Shown here piece by piece: positions 28,226 through 37,542 of a stretch of 64,000 nucleotides of DNA. The notes beneath the pieces were generated by a model. That model worked only from the letters and a program-made list of their open reading frames with translations. It made no database searches and was not told where the DNA came from. Source of the DNA: Spirochaetia bacterium (GTDB taxonomy: Bacteria; Spirochaetota; Spirochaetia; SZUA-6; Bin103). A program made the translations under genes and the position numbers. The DNA is taken from positions 4,384,001 through 4,448,000 of the forward strand of contig CBDBDQ010000005.1 in assembly GCA_965203905.1 (NCBI GenBank), in the 5' to 3' direction. Within the stretch, counting starts at the first letter, position 1; every line of letters starts with the position of its first letter.

Positions 28226-29135
28226 GGCTGGTAGCCCCCTTGACGACCCTGTTGGCGACGATCAGAAGGATGAACGCGATGATCCCATTGAAGACCCCGA
28301 CCACGATGCCCTGCTCGAACTTGCCGCCCGCAAGGCCGACGCGATACACGTACGTTTCAATGACGTCGGATACCTCGAACACCAGGGGATTGTAAAGGTT
28401 GAAGATCTGATCGAAGTTCTCCGTGAACAGCCCGGTCAGGCTGAAGATCAGCAGGATGCTGGTGACGGGAAGCATGTGGGGGAGGGTGATGTGGAGTGCC
28501 TTGCGCAACCGGTTGGCGCCGTCGATGTCGGCAGACTCGTACAGCTCGGGGTCGATGTGGGCGATGCTGGCAAGGTAGATGATGGAACCCCAGCCGATGC
28601 TCTTCCACATTCCGGAGACCACCAGGACGCCGCGGAAGTAGCGCGGATCGGCCAGCAGATAGGGTGATTCCAGGCCCACCAGCCGGGTGAAGAAGGGAAA
28701 GATGCCGCGACTGGGGGAGAGCACCTCGATGACCAGGCCGGAGACGATGATCCAGGACAGGAAGTGGGGCAGGTAGCTGATCGTCTGCACGACGCCCTTG
28801 AACTTCGCGTTGGCCAGCTCGTTGATCAGCAGCGCGAACAGGATGGTGCCGGGGAATCCGACCAGCAGGCGGTACGAGCTGATGATCAGGGTGTTGGCGA
28901 TCAGGCGCCCGAAAATCGGTTGGGTAAAGATCCGGAAGTGACTGAGTCCGACCCAGGGGCTGCCCCAGATGCCGTCGGCGAAGATGTAGTCCTTGAAGGC
29001 GAGCTGGAGCCCGTAGAGGGGTCCGTAGGAGAACACGAATATGGCCGCCATGCCGGGCAGAAACAGGATCAGAAGGAAGCGGTCGCGGTTGGCGTGTGCC
29101 AGGAACCTGCTTAATCTGCTGGTCGTAGTCTGCAT
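28212..29135 (-). CDS. Carbohydrate ABC permease, LplB-like
   Basis: SPWVGL, QTISYLPHFLSW, ELYESADIDGA. Confidence 0.93.
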   Translation of the reverse strand: MQTTTSRLSRFLAHANRDRFLLILFLPGMAAIFVFSYGPLYGLQLAFKDYIFADGIWGSPWVGLSHFRIFTQPIFGRLIANTLIISSYRLLVGFPGTILFALLINELANAKFKGVVQTISYLPHFLSWIIVSGLVIEVLSPSRGIFPFFTRLVGLESPYLLADPRYFRGVLVVSGMWKSIGWGSIIYLASIAHIDPELYESADIDGANRLRKALHITLPHMLPVTSILLIFSLTGLFTENFDQIFNLYNPLVFEVSDVIETYVYRVGLAGGKFEQGIVVGVFNGIIAFILLIVANRVVKGATSHGVW

Positions 29136-29619
29136 GCCGGGCCTTGGGTGCGCGCGGGTTACGGCGTTGCCACAACGTGGAGCGCAGGCGCATGGATGTC
29201 AAGTCCAAGCGGGAGGACGGGCAGGACGCCGGCGGGACGCTGCCGTCAGGAGCCGGGAATCGCTGGCTGGGCACGGTGCAGCGTTTTCGATCCTGGACTA
29301 CTACCACGCAGCTCGGCACCCCACTGAATTAGTTGCCGGCGTGAGGAGTCGTGTGCGTCAGTCGCGTTCGTGGTCGCGGGCGGGCGTAGCTTACGGAGGG
29401 AGCAACCGTCCTGCCGCCCGCGCGCGTCCCCCGCGCAGAGACCTGCTGATGGGCGAGCCCCGGGCCGCGCGGCGGCCAGGTGACAGGATCGCACCGATAG
29501 CACTTCAGGCATCCACCAGCAGGTTCTGTAGTGGTTCACGAGCGTGGGGCACCTGGCTCACTAACTTTGCCAACGCCGGAAGCGTTGCGGAGTCTCGGTG
29601 TTCGATGCGAGAATACCGT

Positions 29620-29847
29620 ATGTCGCCTCCTCCGTTTTCCGACCTCCTGAAACTCTCCGCGAGCGAGCGAGCCGAGCTCGCGATGGTTCTTTGGGAGAGT
29701 CTGTCTGCCGACGAACGTGAAGCCGAACTGGAACTGAGCCCGGAGGAGGCCGCTGAACTAGATCGCCGATGGAGGGAACACGTCGAGAATCCAGATTCTG
29801 CGGTACCTTGGGATGAAGTGCGCCGGAGGCTACTGGATCGCGAGTGA
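29620..29847 (+). CDS. Addiction-module antitoxin, TIGR02574-like
   Basis: LSASERAELAMVLWESL...ELDRR...PWDEVRRRL; overlaps the toxin start. Confidence 0.85.
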   Translation: MSPPPFSDLLKLSASERAELAMVLWESLSADEREAELELSPEEAAELDRRWREHVENPDSAVPWDEVRRRLLDRE

Positions 29848-30136
29848 TCCGTCGCATCGACTTTCGGCCGCACGCCGAGGCGGAAGCTGTTGAGACGCGG
29901 GATTGGTACGAAGGCCGGCGGCACGGACTCGGAGGCGAGTTCCGAGCAGCACTGGAAGAGACAGTCGATAGGATCGTCTCCAACCCGTTCATGTACCCGC
30001 GTGTGCGCGGTGAAACGCGGCGAGCCGTTTTGGAACGGTTCCCTACGCCGTGTACTTCCGTGTGACTGGGGAGGACATTGTGGTACTGGCGGTCCATGGC
30101 CGCCAGAACCCGCGCCGCTGGCAATCGCGATGCTAA
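29844..30136 (+). pseudogene. RelE/ParE toxin with a 1-nt frameshift at about 30040
   Basis: FRPHAEAEA...WYE...LERFP continues in another frame as YAVYFRVTGEDIVVLAVHGRQNPRRWQSRC*. Confidence 0.85.
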
Positions 30137-30252
30137 CGGTCGGACAGGTCGACGCGCCTGCCGACGCCACATCGTTTCGGTGACGTGTGGGTGACGCGAG
30201 CAGGCGACCACGTTCCCGTCGCGATACCTGCAGTGCATCGGGTAACGGACCG

Positions 30253-31032
30253 CTACTGCTGCGCGCGTTGCAGCGGGTCCTGGCGGTAGAATGCCTTGAG
30301 TTGCCGGTAGACGCCGGGGAACTGGCGGTGCAGGGCGGCGGGTTGCTCGAAGAACAGCTCGCTGGTGACGGCGAAGAACTCGGCCGGGCTCTCGGCGGCG
30401 TAGAAGTCGACGGCTCCCTCGCGGCCGCGGCGCTCGTCGTCGCAGAGCCGCTCGTAGGCTTGTCCCAGCTCGCGGTGCCAGGCCGCGGGGTCCATGTCGC
30501 GGTGCAGGGCGGGGCGCCCGTTCATGTCGCCGTCGAGCAGGTCCAGCTTGTGCGCCACCTCGTGGATCACCACGTTGCAGCCGTCACCCCAGCCCGACTC
30601 CTCCACGTCGTTCCAGGACAGGACGATCGGTCCCTCGTCCCAGGCCTCGCCGGCGAGTTCTTCCTCCCACTCGCGCACCACGCCGCCGGCATCGGTCTCT
30701 TCCATCTGGGCGGCGAACTCGCGCGGCAGAAGCACCACGGTGCGCCAGCCGCGGAACCACTCGAAGCCCAAGCCCAGGATCGTTACGCAGGCCTGGGTCG
30801 CCACCACCAGCCGGTAGGGGGCGTCATCCCCCTCCAGGCCGCGTACTTCGAACCGCTTGTGGCGCAGGAAGCGGCCCACCAGCTCCCGCAGCAGCGCGTC
30901 TTCGGCGGGGCTGAGGCCGGCCAGGATCGGATGCTGGTCGCGTATCCAGCGCCACTGCTCTTCCGACACTGACTCCCGCCGGCCGCGGTCGCGGCGCCAG
31001 GGCCAGCGGCGGCCCGATTTACGTTCCGCCAC
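30253..31032 (-). CDS. mtfA: Zinc metallopeptidase M90 / MtfA family
   Basis: GEAWDEGPIVLSW, NVVIHEVAHKLD, YAAESPAEFFAV; start uncertain. Confidence 0.88.
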   Translation of the reverse strand: MAERKSGRRWPWRRDRGRRESVSEEQWRWIRDQHPILAGLSPAEDALLRELVGRFLRHKRFEVRGLEGDDAPYRLVVATQACVTILGLGFEWFRGWRTVVLLPREFAAQMEETDAGGVVREWEEELAGEAWDEGPIVLSWNDVEESGWGDGCNVVIHEVAHKLDLLDGDMNGRPALHRDMDPAAWHRELGQAYERLCDDERRGREGAVDFYAAESPAEFFAVTSELFFEQPAALHRQFPGVYRQLKAFYRQDPLQRAQQ

Positions 31033-31077
31033 GCTGGTGGGCGGGGTCGGGAACGCGCCGGTGGTGGCAACCCGTCA

Positions 31078-31611
31078 TCACCGGGACGGATCCCATTCCC
31101 GGTCCGGCATCCCGGCGGCGTGGTTGGCGACCCGGGCCAGCACGAACAACAGGTCCGCGGCGCGGTTCAGGTAGGCCAGGATCGGCGCGCTGACCGGTTC
31201 CCGGTGGTGCCAGCTCACCACCCGGCGCTCGGCGCGCCGGCAGATGGCGCGGGCCGTGTGCAGGGCGCACGCGAGCGGTGCGCCGCCGGGCAGAATGAAC
31301 CGGGTCAGGCGTGGCAGAGCCGCGTCCGCGGCGTCGATGGTGCGCTCCAGCCGCGCCACCTGCGGTGCCGTCAGGGTGACGCCGGCGGCCGGTGCCCCCA
31401 GTTCGGCACCGATCGCCAGCAGATCCGCCTGTAGCAGACCCAGCTCCCGCCGCAGGGCAGCGTCGTCCGCGTCCGCATGCGCCCTGCCGAGCGCCGCGTT
31501 CAACTCATCCAGATCTCCCAGGGCCTCCACCAGCGGGTCATCCTTGGGTGCCCGAGAGCCCGCGCGCTCGGTTTCCCCGCCGTCGCCGCCGCGAGTATAG
31601 ATCCGTGCCAT
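31078..31611 (-). CDS. pduO: ATP:cob(I)alamin adenosyltransferase, PduO type
   Basis: IYTRGGDGGET, GDLDELN, FILPGG, CRRAERR, YLNRAADLLF. Confidence 0.93.
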   Translation of the reverse strand: MARIYTRGGDGGETERAGSRAPKDDPLVEALGDLDELNAALGRAHADADDAALRRELGLLQADLLAIGAELGAPAAGVTLTAPQVARLERTIDAADAALPRLTRFILPGGAPLACALHTARAICRRAERRVVSWHHREPVSAPILAYLNRAADLLFVLARVANHAAGMPDREWDPSR

Positions 31612-31626
31612 GACTCTGGCGCGAAT

Positions 31627-31666
31627 CTGTCACACTCGGCTGTTTCTCGCAACGCGACCGCTACTT
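31627..31666 (+). repeat. Left copy of a 40-bp direct repeat
   Basis: CTGTCACACTCGGCTGTTTCTCGCAACGCGACCGCTACTT; 39/40 identical to 33433-33472. Confidence 0.95.
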
Positions 31667-32092
31667 GGAACTCTGGTAGCGCTGCTCCGGCTCCTGACGG
31701 CGATGTTCATCCGTATAGCCATAGCGTTGCTTGACCGCTTCCTGTCCCTGCGAGCGCGGCTTGACCACGACCGCTGCGTGCGGCGCCGACACCGACACTC
31801 CGCCACGGGTAACCGTGGCGCAAGCCCCACCGGCTTTCTCGGCGGGTACGGGATCAATGGCTACCTACCAGTCCCCACGTCTCCTTGACACCTACGACCC
31901 AAAACGATACGGTCAGCACAGTGCCGGTAGGTGTATCTGGAAGGAAGTCCTAGTGGACCCTGACCTTGAAGGAATAGACTTGGTGGATCGCATTGCCGAC
32001 GTATCGAAGCGGATGCGTGGCCGTCTGAACGTCTGGCCGATCTCAACGTGTGCGGTTGGCTCGAAACTTGGTGATCCTAAGTAGTTGGCGTA

Positions 32093-32950
32093 ATGTTCCG
32101 GGCACGTCTCCTCGCAAAAATTTCTCATAGGTTGCACACTGATGAAGCGAGAGTCACCGTTTGTCTTGATGGACATGATGTAATCGTAAGTTCCGACCGC
32201 GGCGGGCCAATTTCAAGGTCAGACTGGATCATCTTTGAGGCATGTGGGTTTTCCGATGAGGCGAGCGCATTGGAGTTTGGAGAGAAGCTTCGGACAGCGG
32301 TGGAAATCGCAGGTATAGTGACGTCGCCGGCAGCCGATACTGGCACGGACACCGAGCTGGTCGACTGGGGAGATCACATGAAGGACCATCTGCCGGAAGG
32401 ATACCACCATAAAAGTGAGGTCCACGGGTTACGGGTCTACTCGGATGACGAAAGATCTCTGTTTGCCTCTCTCAATGTTACTTTGGACGTAGTATCCAGT
32501 CCCGCCCACTATTTCAGCCCGATGGAGGAGCTGCTGCCGCAGTCATTAGATGCGATTGATGCAAGCCTCCGGTTCGCGATACGGTCAATCAACTCCGCAA
32601 AAATGACTATCGAGCCTCTGGCCAGAATCGTGGTAGCATTTGCGACCATCGAGAGGTTAGCTTCAAAGACGGACAATCGCATAGCGTATCCGCGTAAAAT
32701 CGTCAGAGAATTGCTGGATGACATTGGACTGACTGAATTGAAAGAAGAATGGAGCAGCATCTATGGCCTGCGCAACAAACTGTTCCATGGAGAGTCATTG
32801 AGCACGGACGTCGTTAGAAAGTTGGCTAACAGATCAATTACGTTCGTCAGCAAGTTGGTGTTGACTATGGTGTCTCGAGAAGGCATTCGTATACCCGAAA
32901 TAGCAGATGTCAACGTGTGGCACAATAAAAGGGATCCGAGTGAGGATTAG
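32093..32950 (+). CDS. HEPN-domain protein (ApeA-like architecture, putative RNase)
   Basis: C-terminal AFATIERL...IYGLRNKLFHG with RxxxxH. Confidence 0.65.
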   Translation: MFRARLLAKISHRLHTDEARVTVCLDGHDVIVSSDRGGPISRSDWIIFEACGFSDEASALEFGEKLRTAVEIAGIVTSPAADTGTDTELVDWGDHMKDHLPEGYHHKSEVHGLRVYSDDERSLFASLNVTLDVVSSPAHYFSPMEELLPQSLDAIDASLRFAIRSINSAKMTIEPLARIVVAFATIERLASKTDNRIAYPRKIVRELLDDIGLTELKEEWSSIYGLRNKLFHGESLSTDVVRKLANRSITFVSKLVLTMVSREGIRIPEIADVNVWHNKRDPSED

Positions 32951-33227
32951 GACCGATATTGTGGTTTGGTACGACCACGAAACTGGCCAGTGGGTATCTG
33001 GTTGTCCATTGTTGGATCTCTACTCTCAGGGAGATTCCAGAGAACAAGCCATCAGGAACATCCGGGAGGCAGCATACCTCTTCCTAACGACCTGCTGTGA
33101 GCTCGGTACCCTAACCCAGGTTCTCCAGGACTGCGGCGTGCAGTCTGATCCAAACGTCATCCCCATTTCAGTGTCTCCAGATACAGAATATCAGAAGGGT
33201 GCCGAAACTTCCGCTTCCCAGTTCTAA
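32940..33227 (+). CDS. hicB: HicB-family antitoxin
   Basis: WVSGCPLLDLYSQGDSREQAIRNIREA. Confidence 0.85.
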   Translation: MRIRTDIVVWYDHETGQWVSGCPLLDLYSQGDSREQAIRNIREAAYLFLTTCCELGTLTQVLQDCGVQSDPNVIPISVSPDTEYQKGAETSASQF

Positions 33228-33432
33228 CCAGTTCAGGAGACTGATGGAGCTGGATGGTTGGTTGTTCAGACACATCAAAGGTTCCCACTTGATCATGACT
33301 AAGCAGGGAGCGATTCGCCCGGTCGTGTTCCCTGCCGATCGCAAGGAACTGTCGAGACACGTCCTCATGAGTAACCTCCGGACGGCAGGTATTTCTCACA
33401 GTAGATACCTTGAACTCATCAAAACCTCGTAG
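33199..33432 (+). CDS. hicA: HicA-family toxin
   Basis: LDGWLFRHIKGSHLIMTK...VFP...ELSRHVLMSNLRTAGIS. Confidence 0.85.
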   Translation: MPKLPLPSSNQFRRLMELDGWLFRHIKGSHLIMTKQGAIRPVVFPADRKELSRHVLMSNLRTAGISHSRYLELIKTS

Positions 33433-33472
33433 CTGTCACACTCGGCTGTTTCTCGCAACGCGAGCGCTACTT
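33433..33472 (+). repeat. Right copy of the 40-bp direct repeat
   Basis: CTGTCACACTCGGCTGTTTCTCGCAACGCGAGCGCTACTT; starts immediately after the hicA stop. Confidence 0.95.
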
Positions 33473-34409
33473 ACCGGGTTCCGGTGCGCAGGGCGTAGCG
33501 GCGTTCGGCGTAGGCGGCGTCCTCCACCCACAGGCGTCGTGCCGAGGCCTGCATCCGGCGCCGTACCAGGGTCGCGGCGCGCCGTGCCAGCCGGAACCCG
33601 AGGCGGTCGGAGAATGCCAGCGTCGCTTCGGTGATGGCGCAGATTCCGGGACGTACCCTGGTGGCGTGGGTTTCCACCACCGAGCCGGTGCCCTCGCCGT
33701 CGACGATTGTCATCACGATGGTGCGCGGGTCGGGACAGTGGAAGCGGGCATCCACCTCCACGCCCATGCGCCGGGTGGCACGGAACAACACCCGCACCGT
33801 GATGCTGTCCTCCTGCTGCTCGATGACCCGAAGCTGGCCGAACGAGTGCGGATGATAGTGGATGCCGTGCCACGGATCGAGGCGGTTGGCGAGCACGTCC
33901 TCCGGTTCGCAGTGCGCTTGCATGCGGATCACCGCGTCGAGGTAGTCCCCGGGGCGGGCGCACAGGTGGGGTCGCGGCGAAGCTGGTTCGGCGCCGTCGA
34001 GGCGCACCCAGAGCAGCACCCCGTCGTCGTGGCTGGGCAGCGGCTTCCAGCCGCCGTGGCCGCCCGGGCCAAGCACCAGCCCGTGCCACGGACACACCAG
34101 GCAGCCGTCCCGCAGCGCGCCGTCGGCCAGCGACGCGCCGAGGTGGGGGCAGGCGTTGGGCGCCACCAGGAGACCCTCCGCGCCGCGCCACACCACCAGC
34201 TCGCGGCCGTCGACCCAATAGCGAAGCGGCCGCTCGCGGATGGCGCGCACGGCGTCGATCACGTGCCAGCCGCCGGAGGGAAGCTGCAGTGCGCGCTGCA
34301 GCGCCCCTCTGATCCAGCGCGGGTCGGACTGCTGCCAGTCCGGCATCGGGCGCGGATCGGCCGGCGGCTGGCGCCCCGTCGGCGGCCGGCCAAAGCGGAA
34401 TCCCTTCAT
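33471..34409 (-). CDS. crtV: Rieske 2Fe-2S protein, CrtV/DUF5914-like
   Basis: CPHLGA and CPWHG Rieske motifs; ANRLDPWHG; position in the crt operon. Confidence 0.8.
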   Translation of the reverse strand: MKGFRFGRPPTGRQPPADPRPMPDWQQSDPRWIRGALQRALQLPSGGWHVIDAVRAIRERPLRYWVDGRELVVWRGAEGLLVAPNACPHLGASLADGALRDGCLVCPWHGLVLGPGGHGGWKPLPSHDDGVLLWVRLDGAEPASPRPHLCARPGDYLDAVIRMQAHCEPEDVLANRLDPWHGIHYHPHSFGQLRVIEQQEDSITVRVLFRATRRMGVEVDARFHCPDPRTIVMTIVDGEGTGSVVETHATRVRPGICAITEATLAFSDRLGFRLARRAATLVRRRMQASARRLWVEDAAYAERRYALRTGTR

Positions 34410-36577
34410 GCGGCCAGCACCGGGAGCACTCCGCGCCGGCGCACGGAGGCCACCGGTTCGGGCGGCAGCCCCCAGCGTGCCAGAATCGCGTTGGCAGCGG
34501 TAAGCCCCGCCGTGGCGGCTCGCTCCATCAGGGCGGCGGGTTGCGCCAGGCGCACGAAGTCGCCGGCCAGGTACACCCCCGGGTAGGGGGTGGCGACGCC
34601 CGGACGCGAGGCATGGGAGCCGGGGGCGAACGCCGGGCAATCGCGGCGCAGGAGGAACACGTCGTCGAGCACCTGCGCCGCGCGGGTCTCCGGGTAGAGC
34701 TGGTGCAGGCCGCGCAGCATCGTGCCCTTGAGTTGCTCTTCGGCCGCGGTCTCGGGCACCGCATAGGCGTGCAACTCCACCACGGAACCACCGTGCGCCT
34801 GGGCCCAGGTTCGGCTTTCGTCCTCGAACAGGTGATACAACGAGATGTTGTCCAGCAGGGGGAACCCGGCGGTACCCGCGAACGGCGCGCGGCCCGGCGC
34901 CGTGGGGCGGTCCAGCCACAGGCGCCACACCGCGAACGGCAGCGTCACCCCCAGGCTGCCGACCTGGGCCGGCCACGAGCCGCCGCCGAAGGGCGACGCG
35001 CGCAGCAGGCGCTGCAGCCCGGGCACGTCCAGTGCCAGTACCAGGGCGTCTCCCACTGCCGGGGCGCCCGCATCGGCCACTACCGCCCAAGACCCTTCCG
35101 TACGCCGGACCGCGCGTGCCGCCGTGCCGGTGCGCACGCGCGCCTGGAGCGTGGCCAGGTAGCGCTGCAGGGGTTGCCAGATCGCCGACGAGAAGGGCGC
35201 CCGCGCCACGTCGAAGATGAGCCCCTCCGGATTCCCCATGAAGTAGAAGTGGAACATCATGAGGAGCTCCGCGGCGGACATCTCCGGTTCGGGGTTGAAG
35301 AAGGAGTGTGCAAACACGTCGAACAGCATGCGCCGCGCCGGGGCCGGAAAGCGCAGCGAATCAAGGTAGGCGGTCGCGGAGCGGTGATCGTGCCGGCGAT
35401 AGGTGTGGAACTGGTCGAAGGCCAGCATCGACAGTGCCGCCCGCAGGCCTGCCCCGCGCAGCGCGGGCAGGGTGAGCTCGGGTGTGCGGCGGGTGAGGGC
35501 GATGAAGTTCCACGGCGCACGGTGCGGGAGGCCGGCAAACGACTGGTGAGCGCCGTCGGGTCCCAGGATGGGGTAGTCGTGCAGCGGAACCAGGAGCTCG
35601 AGGCCGGGCGAAATGCGGCGCAACAGGCTGCGCAGGTTGTAGTACTGGCGGAAGAAGGCGTGAAATCCGCGCTCCATCTGCACGGTCTCGCCGGTGGCCA
35701 ACTCCAGCGGGAAGGCGCCGGCGCGACCGCCGAGGCCGGGTTCCCGCTCCAGGAGTGTAGTGGCGATGCCGCGTTCCGCCAGCACCACGGCGGCCGCCAC
35801 CCCCGCGATGCCGCCGCCCACCACCACCGCCGTGCGAGGAGCGGCCGGTTTGTCTGCGCGACCGGCCTGGCGTTGCGGCCCCGGACGCTGCGCCAGGAAG
35901 GAGTGCACGATGCCGCGCTGCCAGCCGCCCATCGGCATGGTACGCACCGCGGAGAAGCCGGCGATTCGCAGGCGGCGCTCGAAGGCGGCGACGCTGTCGA
36001 AGGCCAGGACACTGCGGCGCAGGTAGGTGAACAGGCTGGCGTCACCGGCCACGACGCGCGCCAGAGGGGTCACGATCAGGGTGGTGACCAGCCGCCACAC
36101 CAGGCTGCTCCAGTGCGAGCCCGCCACCGAGTATTCGTGGAAGCAGACGCGCGCCCCCGGAGCCAGCAGCTTCCGCAGCGCGGTCAGACAGGCGTCCCGT
36201 GCGACCACGTTGCGGATGCCGTAGGCCATCAGGATGCCGTCGAACTCGCCGTCCACCCCCGCGCCGCGTGGGTCGGTGGCGTCGCCGTGGAGGAACGTGA
36301 CGTCGGCCAGCTCGGGGCGCGTGCGTGCCACCTGCAGCATGTCCGCTGCCACGTCGAGTCCCACCAGGGTGGCGTGCGGATAGACGGCGCGCAGCGCCAG
36401 CGTGGACTGACCGGTGCCGCAGCACAGATCGAGGATGCGCGCATCCGGCGCCAGTTGCAGGCGCCGGGCGCTCAGCGTCAGGTGCCTGCGGTACCCCGGA
36501 TTGAGCGCCACCATCAAATCGTAAGCACCGGCGACCCGGTTGAAACCGGTCGCCAGCGTCTCCCGGCTGCGCTTCAT
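34406..36577 (-). CDS. crtU: Fusion of a CrtT-like SAM methyltransferase and a CrtU-like beta-carotene desaturase (isorenieratene synthase)
   Basis: N-terminal LDLCCGTG, AYGIRN, HEYSV; in-frame C-terminal VVGGGIAG, RGFHAFFRQYYN, SAAELLMMFHFYF, LAGD...ALMERAATAG. Confidence 0.82.
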   Translation of the reverse strand: MKRSRETLATGFNRVAGAYDLMVALNPGYRRHLTLSARRLQLAPDARILDLCCGTGQSTLALRAVYPHATLVGLDVAADMLQVARTRPELADVTFLHGDATDPRGAGVDGEFDGILMAYGIRNVVARDACLTALRKLLAPGARVCFHEYSVAGSHWSSLVWRLVTTLIVTPLARVVAGDASLFTYLRRSVLAFDSVAAFERRLRIAGFSAVRTMPMGGWQRGIVHSFLAQRPGPQRQAGRADKPAAPRTAVVVGGGIAGVAAAVVLAERGIATTLLEREPGLGGRAGAFPLELATGETVQMERGFHAFFRQYYNLRSLLRRISPGLELLVPLHDYPILGPDGAHQSFAGLPHRAPWNFIALTRRTPELTLPALRGAGLRAALSMLAFDQFHTYRRHDHRSATAYLDSLRFPAPARRMLFDVFAHSFFNPEPEMSAAELLMMFHFYFMGNPEGLIFDVARAPFSSAIWQPLQRYLATLQARVRTGTAARAVRRTEGSWAVVADAGAPAVGDALVLALDVPGLQRLLRASPFGGGSWPAQVGSLGVTLPFAVWRLWLDRPTAPGRAPFAGTAGFPLLDNISLYHLFEDESRTWAQAHGGSVVELHAYAVPETAAEEQLKGTMLRGLHQLYPETRAAQVLDDVFLLRRDCPAFAPGSHASRPGVATPYPGVYLAGDFVRLAQPAALMERAATAGLTAANAILARWGLPPEPVASVRRRGVLPVLAA

Positions 36578-37542
36578 CCCAGCTCCAGCTCGGCAAACCG
36601 CAGCACGCGGCGAGGGGCCCGGAAGCGGCCACGACCGGCACGCGAGCGGGCCGGCATCTCGGCGGCGGCAGCCCAGGCGGCGCCGGCGGTGGCCCGCAGT
36701 TTGCCGGCGAGGGGCACTACCGCCCGGCCGGAGGTAACGTCGCAACCGGCGGCCCGAATGCGGCCACCGATGGCGGCGTAGATGCTGCGCGCGGCGCGGA
36801 TCGACAAGGCGGCACGCCACGGCAGCGCCAGGAATCCCTCTTCCGCCGAGCCGTAGAAACGCGCCGCCAGATCCAGCGTCCGCGCCACTACGGCGCGCAA
36901 CGGATCGCGCGCGGCGACCGGGAACGGACCTCCCAGCAGTGCCGGCAGGTGCGCGAGGCGGGCCGGCTCCAGGAAGGTCCTCGGCAGGTAGAGCCGTCCC
37001 AGCTCCCAATCCTCGACCACGTCGCGGCAGATGTTGGTGAGCTGCATCGCCATGCCAAGACGCGCCGCCGCCGGCATGGCGGTGTCGTCACGCAGGCCCA
37101 TCACGTGCGACATCATCAGGCCGACGGTTCCGGCGACCCGGTAGCAGTAGTGCAGGAGCGTAGGCAGATTGTCGTAGGTGGGACGCTCCAGATCCATCCG
37201 CATCCCCGCCAGCATCTCGCGCGGGTAGTGTGAGGGCATGCCGGTGGCGCGGGCGACGGCGCCGAAGGCGTCGAGCGCGCGGTCGCCGGTCGGCGTGCCG
37301 GCCGCCAGCAGGTCGAGCTCGCGCTCCAGCGCCGCCAGGGCGCCCGCGCGCGCCGCCGGTGCGGCACCGTCGACCGCGTCGTCCGCCCGCCGGCACCAGG
37401 CGTACACCACCAGCGCCCCGCTGCGGGCGCCCCGCGGCAGCAGGCGCGCGGCCAGCGCGAAGCTCTTCGAGCCCGCCGCAATCCGCCGCCGGCAGTCCGC
37501 CTCCACCTCGGGTGCGACGGCCAGTTGAGGGGCGCGGTTCAT
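36574..37542 (-). CDS. crtB: Phytoene synthase
   Basis: GSKSFALA, YAWCRRADDAVD, YCYRVAGTVG, MQLTNICRDVVED, GRLYLP. Confidence 0.93.
   Translation of the reverse strand: MNRAPQLAVAPEVEADCRRRIAAGSKSFALAARLLPRGARSGALVVYAWCRRADDAVDGAAPAARAGALAALERELDLLAAGTPTGDRALDAFGAVARATGMPSHYPREMLAGMRMDLERPTYDNLPTLLHYCYRVAGTVGLMMSHVMGLRDDTAMPAAARLGMAMQLTNICRDVVEDWELGRLYLPRTFLEPARLAHLPALLGGPFPVAARDPLRAVVARTLDLAARFYGSAEEGFLALPWRAALSIRAARSIYAAIGGRIRAAGCDVTSGRAVVPLAGKLRATAGAAWAAAAEMPARSRAGRGRFRAPRRVLRFAELELG

Larger units (their letters stand above)
31627..33472. mobile_element. Direct-repeat-flanked AT-richer cassette (HEPN, hicB, hicA) with no integrase
   Basis: 40-bp direct repeats, compositional shift, genes on the opposite strand to the flanking operon. 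Confidence 0.65.

Noticed and set aside
25444-29135. ABC importer clusters lacking ATPase genes
   Set aside because: Sharing an ATPase encoded elsewhere is normal for carbohydrate ABC importers
29270-29330. ILDYYHAA peptide resembling an ISKra4/ISLre2-type transposase motif
   Set aside because: Only about 8 residues match; no other transposase motifs or terminal repeats, so too weak to annotate
29388-29402. AGCTTACGGA(C)GGGAG similarity to the reverse complement of about 53293-53308
   Set aside because: Short gapped match with only two copies; could be chance
31610-32084. Short ORFs at the left end of the repeat-flanked cassette
   Set aside because: No RBS or family motifs; conflicting frames on both strands
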